Source: Armatimonadota bacterium (GTDB lineage: Bacteria; Armatimonadota; Fimbriimonadia; Fimbriimonadales; GBS-DC). From it: a DNA stretch of 64,000 nt. Where the stretch lies: assembly GCA_037444405.1 (NCBI GenBank), contig JBBIML010000006.1, positions 160,001 through 224,000 on the forward strand, given 5' to 3'. This document shows positions 1 through 8,627 of this stretch, in pieces. Made by a program: the position numbers and the translations under genes. The notes beneath the pieces were generated by a model. The model was not told the origin of the DNA and searched no databases. It worked only from the letters and a program-made list of their open reading frames with translations. Every line of letters starts with the position of its first letter. Position 1 is the stretch's first letter.

Positions 1-2070
1 GAGCTGCTGGAGGCATGCCTGCAGGCGGCGACCCTGCAGGGCGACCATCCGAAACGCGTGCAGCTGCTGTGCGAGCGCCCGCACCTGATGTACTGCCTGC
101 CGAACGGATTGATGCGGGCGCTGGAAGCCTCCCAGCAGGCGATTGTGGAGCTGGAAGCGCACCCCGATTGCGACCCGGATCGCACACTGTGGGTGCAGGT
201 GCATTGCGCTCGCGCGGGTCAACTGGCGCAGCTGGGGCGCAGCGACGAAGCGCGGCAAGCCATCAATGCCCTGCTCGAATCGGGCGGCTGGTCCGATGCC
301 CAGCAATCGATGCTGGAGCTGACGCTCGCCTATCTGCACGCCTGCCAGGGCGACCTGCGCACTGCCTGCGCTCTCCATCGCACCGTGTGGACGCGCATGC
401 GGGCGAACCGCGACTGGTGGCAGCGGTGGATGGGCGTGCTGCGCTATACGCTGCGCTATGCGCTCGCCTGCGCCGACCTCGAGCTGGCACACGATGTGCT
501 GACCCGGTTCAGCCACTGGTGCAATCATCCCTCCGCACCATCCGCATGGCAGTCGTCGCTACACCTGATGCAGGCAGACCTCGCTTACTTTGAGGGGCGT
601 GGGGCGGAGCAGCTCTATCATGCCAGCGCGTCCCGCTCCGCTGAAAGTACCGCCGAACCCTACAGCATCGATTACGAGAGCGAGTTCCAGATTCGGCTCT
701 ATCGCGACCCGCTGGAGGCGTTGCATATCGCCGAGCGTGCGCTGACGGCGGTGCGCGAGGCGATGGGCTACGAGCGTGAAGCCGAATGGCTCTGTTATCG
801 GGCGCAGGCACTGATGGAAGCTGAACGGTTCATCGAGTCGCTCGCCACACTCGCTGAGGCGCGGCGGCTCGCCCGCAAGCTCAATCACCAGCTGGTGCTG
901 GCGCGGAGCGCGCTGCTGCAGGCGACCGTCGTCCTGCTGATGAACCGTCCCGCGCAGGCGTGCGACGCGCTGATTCAGGCGGAGCCGTCCATTCGTGCGC
1001 TGAACCTGCCCGAGCTGAACACCGAATTCGAGAGGCTCCAGTCGATGCTCATGGTTCAGCAGGGCGACCTGACGGCGGCGCAGGCGCACGCGCAAAAAGC
1101 GGTTGAACACGCCACCGCCTGGGGGCACGCGCTCTATCGCGGGCTGGCGCTGCTGCAACATGCGGCGGTGCTGCAGGCGCAGGGCAGCCCGCAGGCAGTT
1201 AGCGTGCAGGAAGAGGCGGAGAGCCTGTTGAGCGGCTACGGGATGCCGCTGGTCTGGCGGCGTCTGCAGGCGCCGCGCCCGACCATAGAGTGGGTGCAGC
1301 AGCGCGGCTGGGAGCTGGAGGTGCGGCTGCTGGGCACGGTGCGCCTGCGCTTTCGCGGGCGCGAACTTCCACCCGACGAGTGGGTCAGCCCGCGCACGCG
1401 CGCCCTGTTCGCCCATCTAACGCTGCTGCAGGGGCGCCCCGTGTATGCCGACACGCTCTGCGAACTGCACTTCGCGCACCTGCCCCTGGAACGCGCACGG
1501 GTCAACCTGCAGACGACCGTCTCGGCGGTGCGCCGCACCCTGCGCCGCGCTTTCGGGGAGACCGCTGGTGACTGGCTGCGATACGATTCGGGCTTCTACC
1601 GCTGGGCGCCCGACCACAGCTGGACAGCGGACGCCTTCGAGTTCGAGCGCATCGCCCGCGACGCGCTCAGCCGCACCGAGCCGGAAGCCCAGCAGGCGCG
1701 ACTGGACGAAGCGCTCGCCCTCTATCAGGGCGACCTGCTGCCGGAGTTCGCCGAAGAGGAGTGGTGCGCTCCCCATTATCATCGCCTGCACGCGCTCTAT
1801 CTGGAGTGCCTGCTCGTGCGAGCGCAAATCGCCTCCCTCGCCGGGCGACTGGTGGAGGTGATTGAGTACGGGGGGCGACTGCTGGAGATCGATCCGTGTG
1901 ATGAGGCGGCGGCACGGCTGCTGATGCAGGCGTATCGGGCGCTGGGACGCCGTGCCGAAGCCCTTCAGGTCTACACGCGCTGCCAGAAAGCGCTCGCCGA
2001 GCTGCTCGGCGCGTCGCCCTCCGAGCCGACCCGCCAGCTGTACGAATCGCTGGTCAGCGCGGTGAGTTAG
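1..2070 (+). CDS. TPR-rich transcriptional regulator with C-terminal wHTH + BTAD (SARP-like) domains, 5' truncated by the window edge
   Basis: Frame is open from base 1. C-terminal 'LEVRLLG...DAFEFE...ALALYQGDLLPEF..EEW...LLEIDPCDEAAARLLMQAY...G.R.EAL..Y' is typical of BTAD; the N-terminus is helical and Ala/Leu-rich. Confidence 0.8.
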   Translation, partial: ELLEACLQAATLQGDHPKRVQLLCERPHLMYCLPNGLMRALEASQQAIVELEAHPDCDPDRTLWVQVHCARAGQLAQLGRSDEARQAINALLESGGWSDAQQSMLELTLAYLHACQGDLRTACALHRTVWTRMRANRDWWQRWMGVLRYTLRYALACADLELAHDVLTRFSHWCNHPSAPSAWQSSLHLMQADLAYFEGRGAEQLYHASASRSAESTAEPYSIDYESEFQIRLYRDPLEALHIAERALTAVREAMGYEREAEWLCYRAQALMEAERFIESLATLAEARRLARKLNHQLVLARSALLQATVVLLMNRPAQACDALIQAEPSIRALNLPELNTEFERLQSMLMVQQGDLTAAQAHAQKAVEHATAWGHALYRGLALLQHAAVLQAQGSPQAVSVQEEAESLLSGYGMPLVWRRLQAPRPTIEWVQQRGWELEVRLLGTVRLRFRGRELPPDEWVSPRTRALFAHLTLLQGRPVYADTLCELHFAHLPLERARVNLQTTVSAVRRTLRRAFGETAGDWLRYDSGFYRWAPDHSWTADAFEFERIARDALSRTEPEAQQARLDEALALYQGDLLPEFAEEEWCAPHYHRLHALYLECLLVRAQIASLAGRLVEVIEYGGRLLEIDPCDEAAARLLMQAYRALGRRAEALQVYTRCQKALAELLGASPSEPTRQLYESLVSAVS

Positions 2071-2076
2071 CCTGCT

Positions 2077-3081
2077 CTACGGGTTCGCCAGCATCTGCGC
2101 CGCTTGATGGGGCTGAATCTCGCCGGTAAGCAGAATCGCTTTGCCGTCTGCGCGGCGTACCGTCGCCACCACACCTTCGAACCCCTCGCTCAGGCGTAGC
2201 TGGCTATCGGCGCGACGCGCGTCGGGACACTCCGCCGGCAGCAAGAACAGCGTGAAGCAGTCCAGCCCGTTCGAGTAAAGCGCCCCTATCGCGAAGTGGG
2301 AACCCCCACATGGGCAGGAGCGCTTCAGCACCATGATGCGCTCATAACCCTTCGGTGGCTGGTAAGCGTTGAGTTTGAAGCCCAGCTTCGGCTCCAGCGG
2401 CGCAATCTGCAGGGGGCGCTCCATGCGCCAGTTGGGTGGCGGCATCGGCAGCGCGGGCGGTGCAGGTGTCGCTGGCAGAATCTGGTAGCGGAACCGCTGC
2501 TCGTCGCGGATCAGCACGCCCTGCCGATTGTAGGTCTGAATCCGCCCCACATAGGGAGGGCTGCCGCTGGTAATCCAGTACCGCTTGCGCAGGTAGCCGT
2601 CGGGCACCCACACCTCCACCACGACCCACTGCTTGCCCTGCCACTCAGCGCGTTCCAGCTCGCGCAGGCGGGCGTTGCGTTCGAACAGTTGTTGAATCTG
2701 CGCTTTGCCCGCCGCATCGAGCAGCTGCGGGCGCACGATGCACCGCCGTTCGAGCGGCAGCCAGCGCACCCATTCACGGCTCGTCACATAAGTCGTCGGG
2801 CGATACTCCTGTCCCCCTATCAGGCACGCTTCGGCGCCGCGCTCCACTATCTGCAGGTAATCGGGATGCGGGCGGTACACCTCCAGCAGGGCGGGCAGCC
2901 GATCGGCGTGCGGGATTTGCACTTGCACCTCCATTCGGCAGGGCTGGGTCGCGTCGTTGAGGATCGCCTGCTTCCATACAAGCGGCGCGCGGGGCAGCGT
3001 GGTGGAACGCTGACAGCCGCTGAGAGCGATCAGCAGCCCCACCAGGCACACCAGCCAGCGCGTCATGGGGTTCCGCATCAC
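2077..3081 (-). CDS. MucB/RseB-like periplasmic regulator of an ECF sigma factor, probable lipoprotein
   Basis: Lipobox-like 'LIALSGC'; 'LYSNGLDCFTLF' resembles the MucB/RseB 'YSDGL..FSLF' motif; third gene after ECF sigma and anti-sigma. Start could be 3081, 3078 or 3066. Confidence 0.6.
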   Translation of the reverse strand: MMRNPMTRWLVCLVGLLIALSGCQRSTTLPRAPLVWKQAILNDATQPCRMEVQVQIPHADRLPALLEVYRPHPDYLQIVERGAEACLIGGQEYRPTTYVTSREWVRWLPLERRCIVRPQLLDAAGKAQIQQLFERNARLRELERAEWQGKQWVVVEVWVPDGYLRKRYWITSGSPPYVGRIQTYNRQGVLIRDEQRFRYQILPATPAPPALPMPPPNWRMERPLQIAPLEPKLGFKLNAYQPPKGYERIMVLKRSCPCGGSHFAIGALYSNGLDCFTLFLLPAECPDARRADSQLRLSEGFEGVVATVRRADGKAILLTGEIQPHQAAQMLANP

Positions 3082-3510
3082 TTATTGCGCCTCCACATAG
3101 GGATAGAGTTCGCCGGCGCCGCCGTTCTGCGCCCACTCGCGGTGCGCCTGCCAGTATCGGGCATAGGAGTCAACGACGGGCGGGTACGCGGGTGTGGCGC
3201 GTTGCCAGATGAAGAACGCGAGCAGCAGCGCTGCCGCCGCTGCCGACAGCGTGGCGATGAGCGCGTAGCGACGGGGTTGCCAGCGTCGCGCCCGAATGCG
3301 ACTCTCGATGCCCGCCCAGATACGCTCTGACGGCACAGGCGGCGACCACTGTCGCAATACCTGTGGCACGCGCTGGAGCATCTGCAGCTCGTGGGCGCAG
3401 TCAGGGCAACCCTGCAGGTGCGCCTCCACCACCTGCGCCTGCTCCAGCGGCAGCACACCCTCCACATAGTCTGTTAGAGACCTCCGAACCTCATCGCATC
3501 GCATCGCCAT
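3082..3510 (-). CDS. Zinc-binding (zf-HC2/ZAS) membrane anti-sigma factor
   Basis: 'C.EV...L..Y..G.L.......VEAHL.GCPDC' HxxxCxxC motif, one TM segment, directly downstream of the ECF sigma. Confidence 0.85.
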   Translation of the reverse strand: MAMRCDEVRRSLTDYVEGVLPLEQAQVVEAHLQGCPDCAHELQMLQRVPQVLRQWSPPVPSERIWAGIESRIRARRWQPRRYALIATLSAAAAALLLAFFIWQRATPAYPPVVDSYARYWQAHREWAQNGGAGELYPYVEAQ

Positions 3511-4096
3511 TCCCCCTGTTCAGAAACGGTTCCAGCTGGCGCCGCAGCGACTCGCGTGCCCGCGCCAGCCGCGATTTGACCGTGCCCACTGGAATTGATA
3601 GCAGCTCCGCAATCTCTTCCACGGGCACCTCCTCGATGTAGTGCAGCACGACCACAGCGCGATGGAGCGGGGAGAGTTGCCGAAGCGCCTGCTGGACACA
3701 GTCCTGCAATTCTTTCTGCTCGACGGCTGCCTCCACATCCTGGCTCTCATCGGGTATCTGCCATTCAAAGGATTCACCCTCCGAATCGTCATATAACGGC
3801 GCATCCAGGGATTGAAACTTGACCAGCCGACTGCGGCGCAGATGATCGATGCCCAGATTGATGGCGGTGCGGCGCAGCCAGCCGTAGAGCGTCTTTTCGA
3901 TGTGCAGGCGCGGCAGCTCGATCCATGCGCGCACGAACACCTCCTGGGTCAGGTCGGCGGCATCGTCGCGATTGCCCAGCATGCCATAGAGCAGTTTGTA
4001 GATACGCGCATGATAACGTGCGTAGAGCACCTCGAATGCCCCCGCATCGCCCTCTCTGGCACGCTGTACCAGCTCCGTGTCGGACCGTGTATTCAA
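3491..4096 (-). CDS. ECF sigma-70 factor (SigW/RpoE-like)
   Basis: 'D.ELVQRAREGD..AFE.L', 'DAADLTQEVF', 'EEIAELLSIPVGTVKSRLARAR'. Start placed at TTG 4096 because the longer ORF-track start runs through repeat DNA. Confidence 0.9.
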   Translation of the reverse strand: MNTRSDTELVQRAREGDAGAFEVLYARYHARIYKLLYGMLGNRDDAADLTQEVFVRAWIELPRLHIEKTLYGWLRRTAINLGIDHLRRSRLVKFQSLDAPLYDDSEGESFEWQIPDESQDVEAAVEQKELQDCVQQALRQLSPLHRAVVVLHYIEEVPVEEIAELLSIPVGTVKSRLARARESLRRQLEPFLNRGNGDAMR

Positions 4097-4109
4097 CCCC
4101 TGCCCTTCC

Positions 4110-4137
4110 TGAACGAATAAGATATTAGCATGGTTCC
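4110..4137 (-). promoter_or_regulatory. Candidate autoregulatory ECF promoter GGAACC-N16-CGTTCA
   Basis: Minus strand reads GGAACC atgctaatatcttatt CGTTCA just upstream of the ECF sigma start, matching the common GGAAC/CGT ECF consensus. Confidence 0.55.
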
Positions 4138-4168
4138 TTTTGGCGCGGGTAATGGCAGACACGGATAA

Positions 4169-4372
4169 GGGCGCGGGCACCGTGCCCCTACTCGGAACGG
4201 CTTCAGCTGGTCTGTTGCAAAGAGGGCAGGCGTTCACAAGCGGGGTGCGGGAACCGCACCCTACAGGCATGCGGCATGGGTAGGGGCGCGGTCGCCGCGC
4301 CCCCAAAGCGGCGAAACCCGCTGTGCCCAAAAGGTGGAACGAGCATCCTTGCAACAGAGCAGATTCAGCCGT
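4169..4372. repeat. Cluster of three GTAG-type REP-like palindromes, two of them inside a ~26-bp imperfect inverted repeat
   Basis: Palindromes at 4169-4191 (-), 4243-4264 (-) and 4280-4303 (+), each GTAGGG plus a GC-rich stem; outer imperfect IR at 4197-4222 / 4347-4372 with core TCTGTTGCAA. Confidence 0.7.
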
Positions 4373-4409
4373 CTTGTTCAGGAGCGAATTGCTGGATCGC
4401 CTCCGAGAG

Positions 4410-5384
4410 CTAACATCCCGCGCCGAACTCGAACAGCACTGTTAGCAGATCGGTGTCGTCCACGATGCCGTCGCGATTGACATCGCCTGCGAGCGCGGAG
4501 CCTGTTTGCCCGAACTCGAACAGCACGGTCAGCAGGTCGGCGTCATCCACACAGCCGTCGGCGCTGGTATCACCGTAGCGCCGCACAAGCGCAATCGCGC
4601 TGACCTCCGTTGAAGACCGCCCGAACGCGCCCAGATTGGCGTTGCCCGCATGGGTGATACGCACGAACTGCGCCTGATCGATCTCGACGGGCTGACCCGT
4701 TTGCCAGTCCACCGCCCACTCCAGCTGGAAGGCGTCCCCACCCGCCGAGAGACCCTGAATACCTGGCGTGAACGGGTCATCGGGCACGAGCGGATGCCCC
4801 TGATTGGTGATGGGCGTGATGTCGGCATAGCCCACGATGGGCGTCGGGCATACGCTGAGCGAGCCGAACCACTGGTCGGGCAACGGGAAGCGCGGGACAC
4901 CTGTTGCATCACGCGGGTCGGGATGACGCGGCAGCAGCAGGTACCAGTCGTCGCCACCATCGGGGACGCCGTTGCCGTTTCGGTCGATACCGACTTCCAC
5001 ATAGCCTGGCTCGCCCCACACCTGACAGGGGTTGCCGCCCACATAGAAGGCGTTGCCAAACACAATCAGGTCGTAGCCGTCGGGATTGTGCGGGTCAAGC
5101 CCTGCGGGCAGGTTCTGGATGGGGCGGTCGAAGCCCACCTCGACGAAACCGCCCCATCCGAAGGAGAAGAGCTTGGTGTTATCGGGCACGCCTGGCGTCG
5201 CGTTCGGCGGCGGATAGCCCAGCACCTGTGTCGGGTCGGTGTTGAAGCCCGGCGCACCGTTGACGCCGCTCCAGCCGAACACGCGCGTGGCGAAATCGCG
5301 CTCAGCGAAACTGCCCCGATACTGGGCGCTCACTGACGCGACGGCGATCACCAGCCCGATAGCAACCAGCTCGCGTGCGGGCAT
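4410..5384 (-). CDS. Secreted protein: BtuH-like cell-surface domain plus C-terminal dockerin-like repeat
   Basis: Signal peptide; 'FSFGWGGFVEVGFD...DLIVFGNAF...EPGYVEV..D.NGNG.PD..DDWY.L' recalls Bacteroidetes B12-locus cell-surface proteins; tail 'GD...DGCVDDADLLTVLFEFG' twice. Confidence 0.6.
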   Translation of the reverse strand: MPARELVAIGLVIAVASVSAQYRGSFAERDFATRVFGWSGVNGAPGFNTDPTQVLGYPPPNATPGVPDNTKLFSFGWGGFVEVGFDRPIQNLPAGLDPHNPDGYDLIVFGNAFYVGGNPCQVWGEPGYVEVGIDRNGNGVPDGGDDWYLLLPRHPDPRDATGVPRFPLPDQWFGSLSVCPTPIVGYADITPITNQGHPLVPDDPFTPGIQGLSAGGDAFQLEWAVDWQTGQPVEIDQAQFVRITHAGNANLGAFGRSSTEVSAIALVRRYGDTSADGCVDDADLLTVLFEFGQTGSALAGDVNRDGIVDDTDLLTVLFEFGAGC

Positions 5385-5395
5385 GGTTCACCCCT

Positions 5396-6409
5396 TCAGG
5401 CGCGATGGGCCCTGCGGCGACGCCAGCCGAGCGCCATCAGCCCCGCCATCAGCATGCCGAGCGTGCCCGGCTCCGGCACGGGCGTGATGGCGAACAGCCC
5501 GCCCACCTCCGTGAAGCTGCCGTCCACGATTAACAGCCCGTCGCCGCTGAACGGCTCGAAGCGCGCGCCGAAGTAAGCCACGCTCGCTGGAAACGGATAC
5601 GCGCCGCTGAAGATGCCAAACGGCGTCGCCGTCGACCCGCGCAACTGCGTGAGCGTGCGACCCGTGCTGGCGATTAAATCGCCCTCCGAATCGAAGGCGA
5701 ATCCCACCAGCCCGGAGCCGCCCCCACCTGCGAGCGAGAGCGCCTCGACGAGCGTGGCGCCGATCAGCAAGCCGTCGCTGTCGAAGTGCGGCTCGTAGCG
5801 CAGCACCTGACCCGGATTGCCCGCGAAGAGCGGGTCGTTCGTATCGCCCAGATAGAGCCAGCCGCCGCGCAGGCTCACGCCGCTCGCGTAGCCGTTGCCG
5901 TAGCCGCTGACAATCACGCTGGCAGCGCCGTTCGCCACACGATAGAGCCGATTCGCGCCGGGTCCATCTGCGCCGAGCGCCAGCACCTGATTGCCCAGAA
6001 TGAACACATCCGCCGCGTTCGGGATGGCGCCTTCGGGCGCGAGCGGGGCGACGCCCGTGCCGATGCGCCACTCCAGCACGGTGTCCAGATCGCCGTTCTC
6101 GGAGAAGACCAGCGTGTTCTCGTCGCGCCAGGCAAGCCCGCCAAAAAATTGCCAGCGGCTGTCGCTGATGGCGGCGACCACCTGACGCCCGTCGGGGCGA
6201 ATGCGGTCATACACGGTAATCTCTGCGCCTCCGCCGAACCGACCGCGTGCGACCGCCAGCTGCCCGGAGGGGCTGACGGCAACGACGCCGCCGCTCAGCT
6301 CCAGCGAGAAGGCGCGATAGCCTGTCGGCGGGCTATAACCCGCCACCTGCGAACCTGCATGCTGCACCCACAGCAGCGTTAGCCCGATAAGGATGCTTCG
6401 TCCGTTCAT
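5396..6409 (-). CDS. PEP-CTERM surface protein, probably beta-propeller-like
   Basis: RBS AAAGGAGG before ATG 6409, signal peptide, C-terminal 'VPEPGTLGMLMAGLMALGWRRRR'. Confidence 0.85.
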   Translation of the reverse strand: MNGRSILIGLTLLWVQHAGSQVAGYSPPTGYRAFSLELSGGVVAVSPSGQLAVARGRFGGGAEITVYDRIRPDGRQVVAAISDSRWQFFGGLAWRDENTLVFSENGDLDTVLEWRIGTGVAPLAPEGAIPNAADVFILGNQVLALGADGPGANRLYRVANGAASVIVSGYGNGYASGVSLRGGWLYLGDTNDPLFAGNPGQVLRYEPHFDSDGLLIGATLVEALSLAGGGGSGLVGFAFDSEGDLIASTGRTLTQLRGSTATPFGIFSGAYPFPASVAYFGARFEPFSGDGLLIVDGSFTEVGGLFAITPVPEPGTLGMLMAGLMALGWRRRRAHRA

Positions 6410-6552
6410 CGCATGACCTCCTTTCTGTGGGTGCGGGTTTAAAAGCAACACGCGCCCGACGCTCGGTCAGGCGCGTTCAGGGCAAAAAGCGGATTTGCGC
6501 TATTTCCCTGACCGCACCCTGTGCTTCGCAGGGCTGCTCCCGATAGGGAGCG

Positions 6553-6702
6553 CGGTCGACCGTGGCTGGGCATTCGGGCTTGTCCCCTCTGCGCCTTCGG
6601 GGCGGCAGGAGGCTTACCGTTGCGGCACAGCGCCGGACTCTCACCGGACTTCCCCCAACTCGTCTCAAAAGCGGCTTTTGAGACATAGCCCCAGCACGAC
6701 CT
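6553..6702 (-). ncRNA. Cobalamin riboswitch (compact form)
   Basis: Minus strand has GGGAAGTCCGGTGAGAGTCCGGCGCTGTGCCGCAACGGTAA ... AAGCCCGAATGCCCAGCC, i.e. the conserved core and B12 box, in the 5' leader of 6409. Ends approximate. Confidence 0.9.
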
Positions 6703-6726
6703 GGGGCGCACACGGTCTTTAGATGC

Positions 6727-6751
6727 GCAGGGGCGAGGCGACCTCGCCCCC
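6727..6751. repeat. REP-like perfect hairpin
   Basis: AGGGGCGAGG-CGA-CCTCGCCCCT 10-bp stem, similar to the palindromes at 4169-4303 and 42256-42280. Confidence 0.55.
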
Positions 6752-6774
6752 TCTCACAGCCCACGATAGATGGG

Positions 6775-7587
6775 TTAATCATACCCGCTCCGCAGATATC
6801 GAATCGACTCGCGGGTAATCTGTTCGGGATCGGGCGTGTAATCGAGCGGCTCCAGCGAACACCAGCCGGCGTAGTTCACCTCGCGCAACGCCTGCAGGAT
6901 CGGCGCGAAGTCGGTCGGTCCGAAGCCTGGCGCGCGCATATCTCTGTCGTTCAGATGCACATGGCGCAGGTAGGGCGCATAGTGGCGGATGAGCGCGGGC
7001 ACATCGTCGCTCTCCGCGAGCGCGCTTTTGACATCGAGCATCGTGCCCAGCGCGGGGTGCTGCACCTGCTCCAGCAGGGCGACCGCCTCGCCAAGCGTGT
7101 TCAGCACATCGGTCTCGGACGGCGGCAACGGCTCCAGCAGGATGATAATCCCGGCGCGCTCGCACTCGCGCAGGGCAGGCTGGAGTGTATCGAGCCAGAG
7201 TTGCAACGCATCGGTGGGCGTGAGAGGTGGGAGCGTGCGTCGCTGTTTCGGCGAGCCGAACACCATCAGCGGCGCGCCAACCGCCTCCGCAAAATGCACC
7301 AGCTCCACCAGATAGTCCGCCGTGCGACGGCGAACCTCTGGGTCGGGATGCGCCACATGCAGGTCGTCCCGACCCCACAACAGCATATGCAGTCCCACAA
7401 TCGGCAAGCCGAACGCCTGTGCCGTGCACCGAATCGCCGCGCGGGTATCGGCGTCAATCTGCTCCACCGACGGCGCGAACACCAGCGGCGCCAGCTCAAT
7501 CCCCTCATAGCCCGACTCAGCAATCAGCCGACACGCCGATTCGAAGCTCAGGTGGCGCAGCACCTCGTGGCAAAGCGTGTATCTCAT
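6775..7587 (-). CDS. Sugar phosphate isomerase/epimerase (AP endonuclease 2 TIM barrel; tagatose/psicose 3-epimerase-like)
   Basis: 'GYEGIEL', 'MVFGSPKQR', 'LLEPL..SET', 'HVHLND...PG.G', 'SLEP'. Confidence 0.85.
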   Translation of the reverse strand: MRYTLCHEVLRHLSFESACRLIAESGYEGIELAPLVFAPSVEQIDADTRAAIRCTAQAFGLPIVGLHMLLWGRDDLHVAHPDPEVRRRTADYLVELVHFAEAVGAPLMVFGSPKQRRTLPPLTPTDALQLWLDTLQPALRECERAGIIILLEPLPPSETDVLNTLGEAVALLEQVQHPALGTMLDVKSALAESDDVPALIRHYAPYLRHVHLNDRDMRAPGFGPTDFAPILQALREVNYAGWCSLEPLDYTPDPEQITRESIRYLRSGYD

Positions 7588-8576
7588 TGCTGTTTCAGCT
7601 CGTTCATGCGGTTGCGCACCTCGCGCCCGACCTGTTCGATGGGATGTTCCGCTTCGGCGCGGGCGAGCGCGTTAAACACGGGGCGACCAACCTGATTCTC
7701 CAGCAGCCACTCCCGCGCGAACTGACCCGTGCGAATCTCCTCTAAAATCCGCCTCAGCTCGGCGCGCACCGGGTCGCTGATCAGGCGTGGACCGCGCGTC
7801 ATCGCGCCGTACTGCGCCGTGTCGGAGATGGCGAACTGCATGCCGCTGATGCCACTCTCGTAGATGAGATCGACAATCAGTTTCAGCTCGTGCAGGCATT
7901 CGAAGTAGGCGATTTCGGGCTGGTAGCCCGCCTCAACGAGCGTTTCGAAGGCGGCTTTGATCAGCGCGGGCACGCCGCCGCACAGCACCGCCTGCTCGCC
8001 GAACAGGTCGCTCTCACACTCCTCGCGGAAGGTGGTCTCGTAGACGCCCGCGCGCGTGCCGCCCAGCGCCCGCGCGTAAGCGAGCGCAATCGCCTTCGCG
8101 CTGCCCGTGTAGTCCTGATGGATGGCAATCAGGCAGGGTGCGCCGTGCCCCGCCACAAACAGCCGCCGCAGCTGGGGACCAACCGCTTTCGGCGAGACCA
8201 TGAACACATCGATATCGGGCGGCGGCACAATCTGACCGTAGTGGATATTGAACCCGTGCGCGAAGCCGAGCGCGACACCAGAGCGTAAAGCGGGCGCGAT
8301 CGATTCTGTATAGACGCGCGGCTGATGCTCGTCATTAATCAGCATCATAATCACATCGGCTTCGGCGACGGCTTCGGGCACGCTCATGACGGGGAAGCCG
8401 TCGGCTTGCGCGCGCTCCCACGAGCCGCCCTGCCGCACGCCGATAATCACATTTAGCCCGCTATCGCGCAGGTTCAGCGCCTGCGCATGACCCTGCGAGC
8501 CGTAGCCAATCAGCGCGATGGTCTTACCCTGCAGAATCTCCATCGGCGCATCCGCATCCGTGTAAACGGTTGCCAT
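7584..8576 (-). CDS. ilvC: Ketol-acid reductoisomerase
   Basis: '[18 protein letters not shown]', 'FAHGFNIH', '[12 protein letters not shown]', '[15 protein letters not shown]'. Confidence 0.98.
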   Translation of the reverse strand: MATVYTDADAPMEILQGKTIALIGYGSQGHAQALNLRDSGLNVIIGVRQGGSWERAQADGFPVMSVPEAVAEADVIMMLINDEHQPRVYTESIAPALRSGVALGFAHGFNIHYGQIVPPPDIDVFMVSPKAVGPQLRRLFVAGHGAPCLIAIHQDYTGSAKAIALAYARALGGTRAGVYETTFREECESDLFGEQAVLCGGVPALIKAAFETLVEAGYQPEIAYFECLHELKLIVDLIYESGISGMQFAISDTAQYGAMTRGPRLISDPVRAELRRILEEIRTGQFAREWLLENQVGRPVFNALARAEAEHPIEQVGREVRNRMNELKQQ

Positions 8577-8627
8577 TCAGCGTCTCCCCCGCCATCCTTT
8601 CGCCATCTCACTGGAACTTCCTGTTCG

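Noticed and set aside
4169..4372. CRISPR array
   Set aside because: Repeats are non-identical, in mixed orientation and irregularly spaced, and no cas genes are present.
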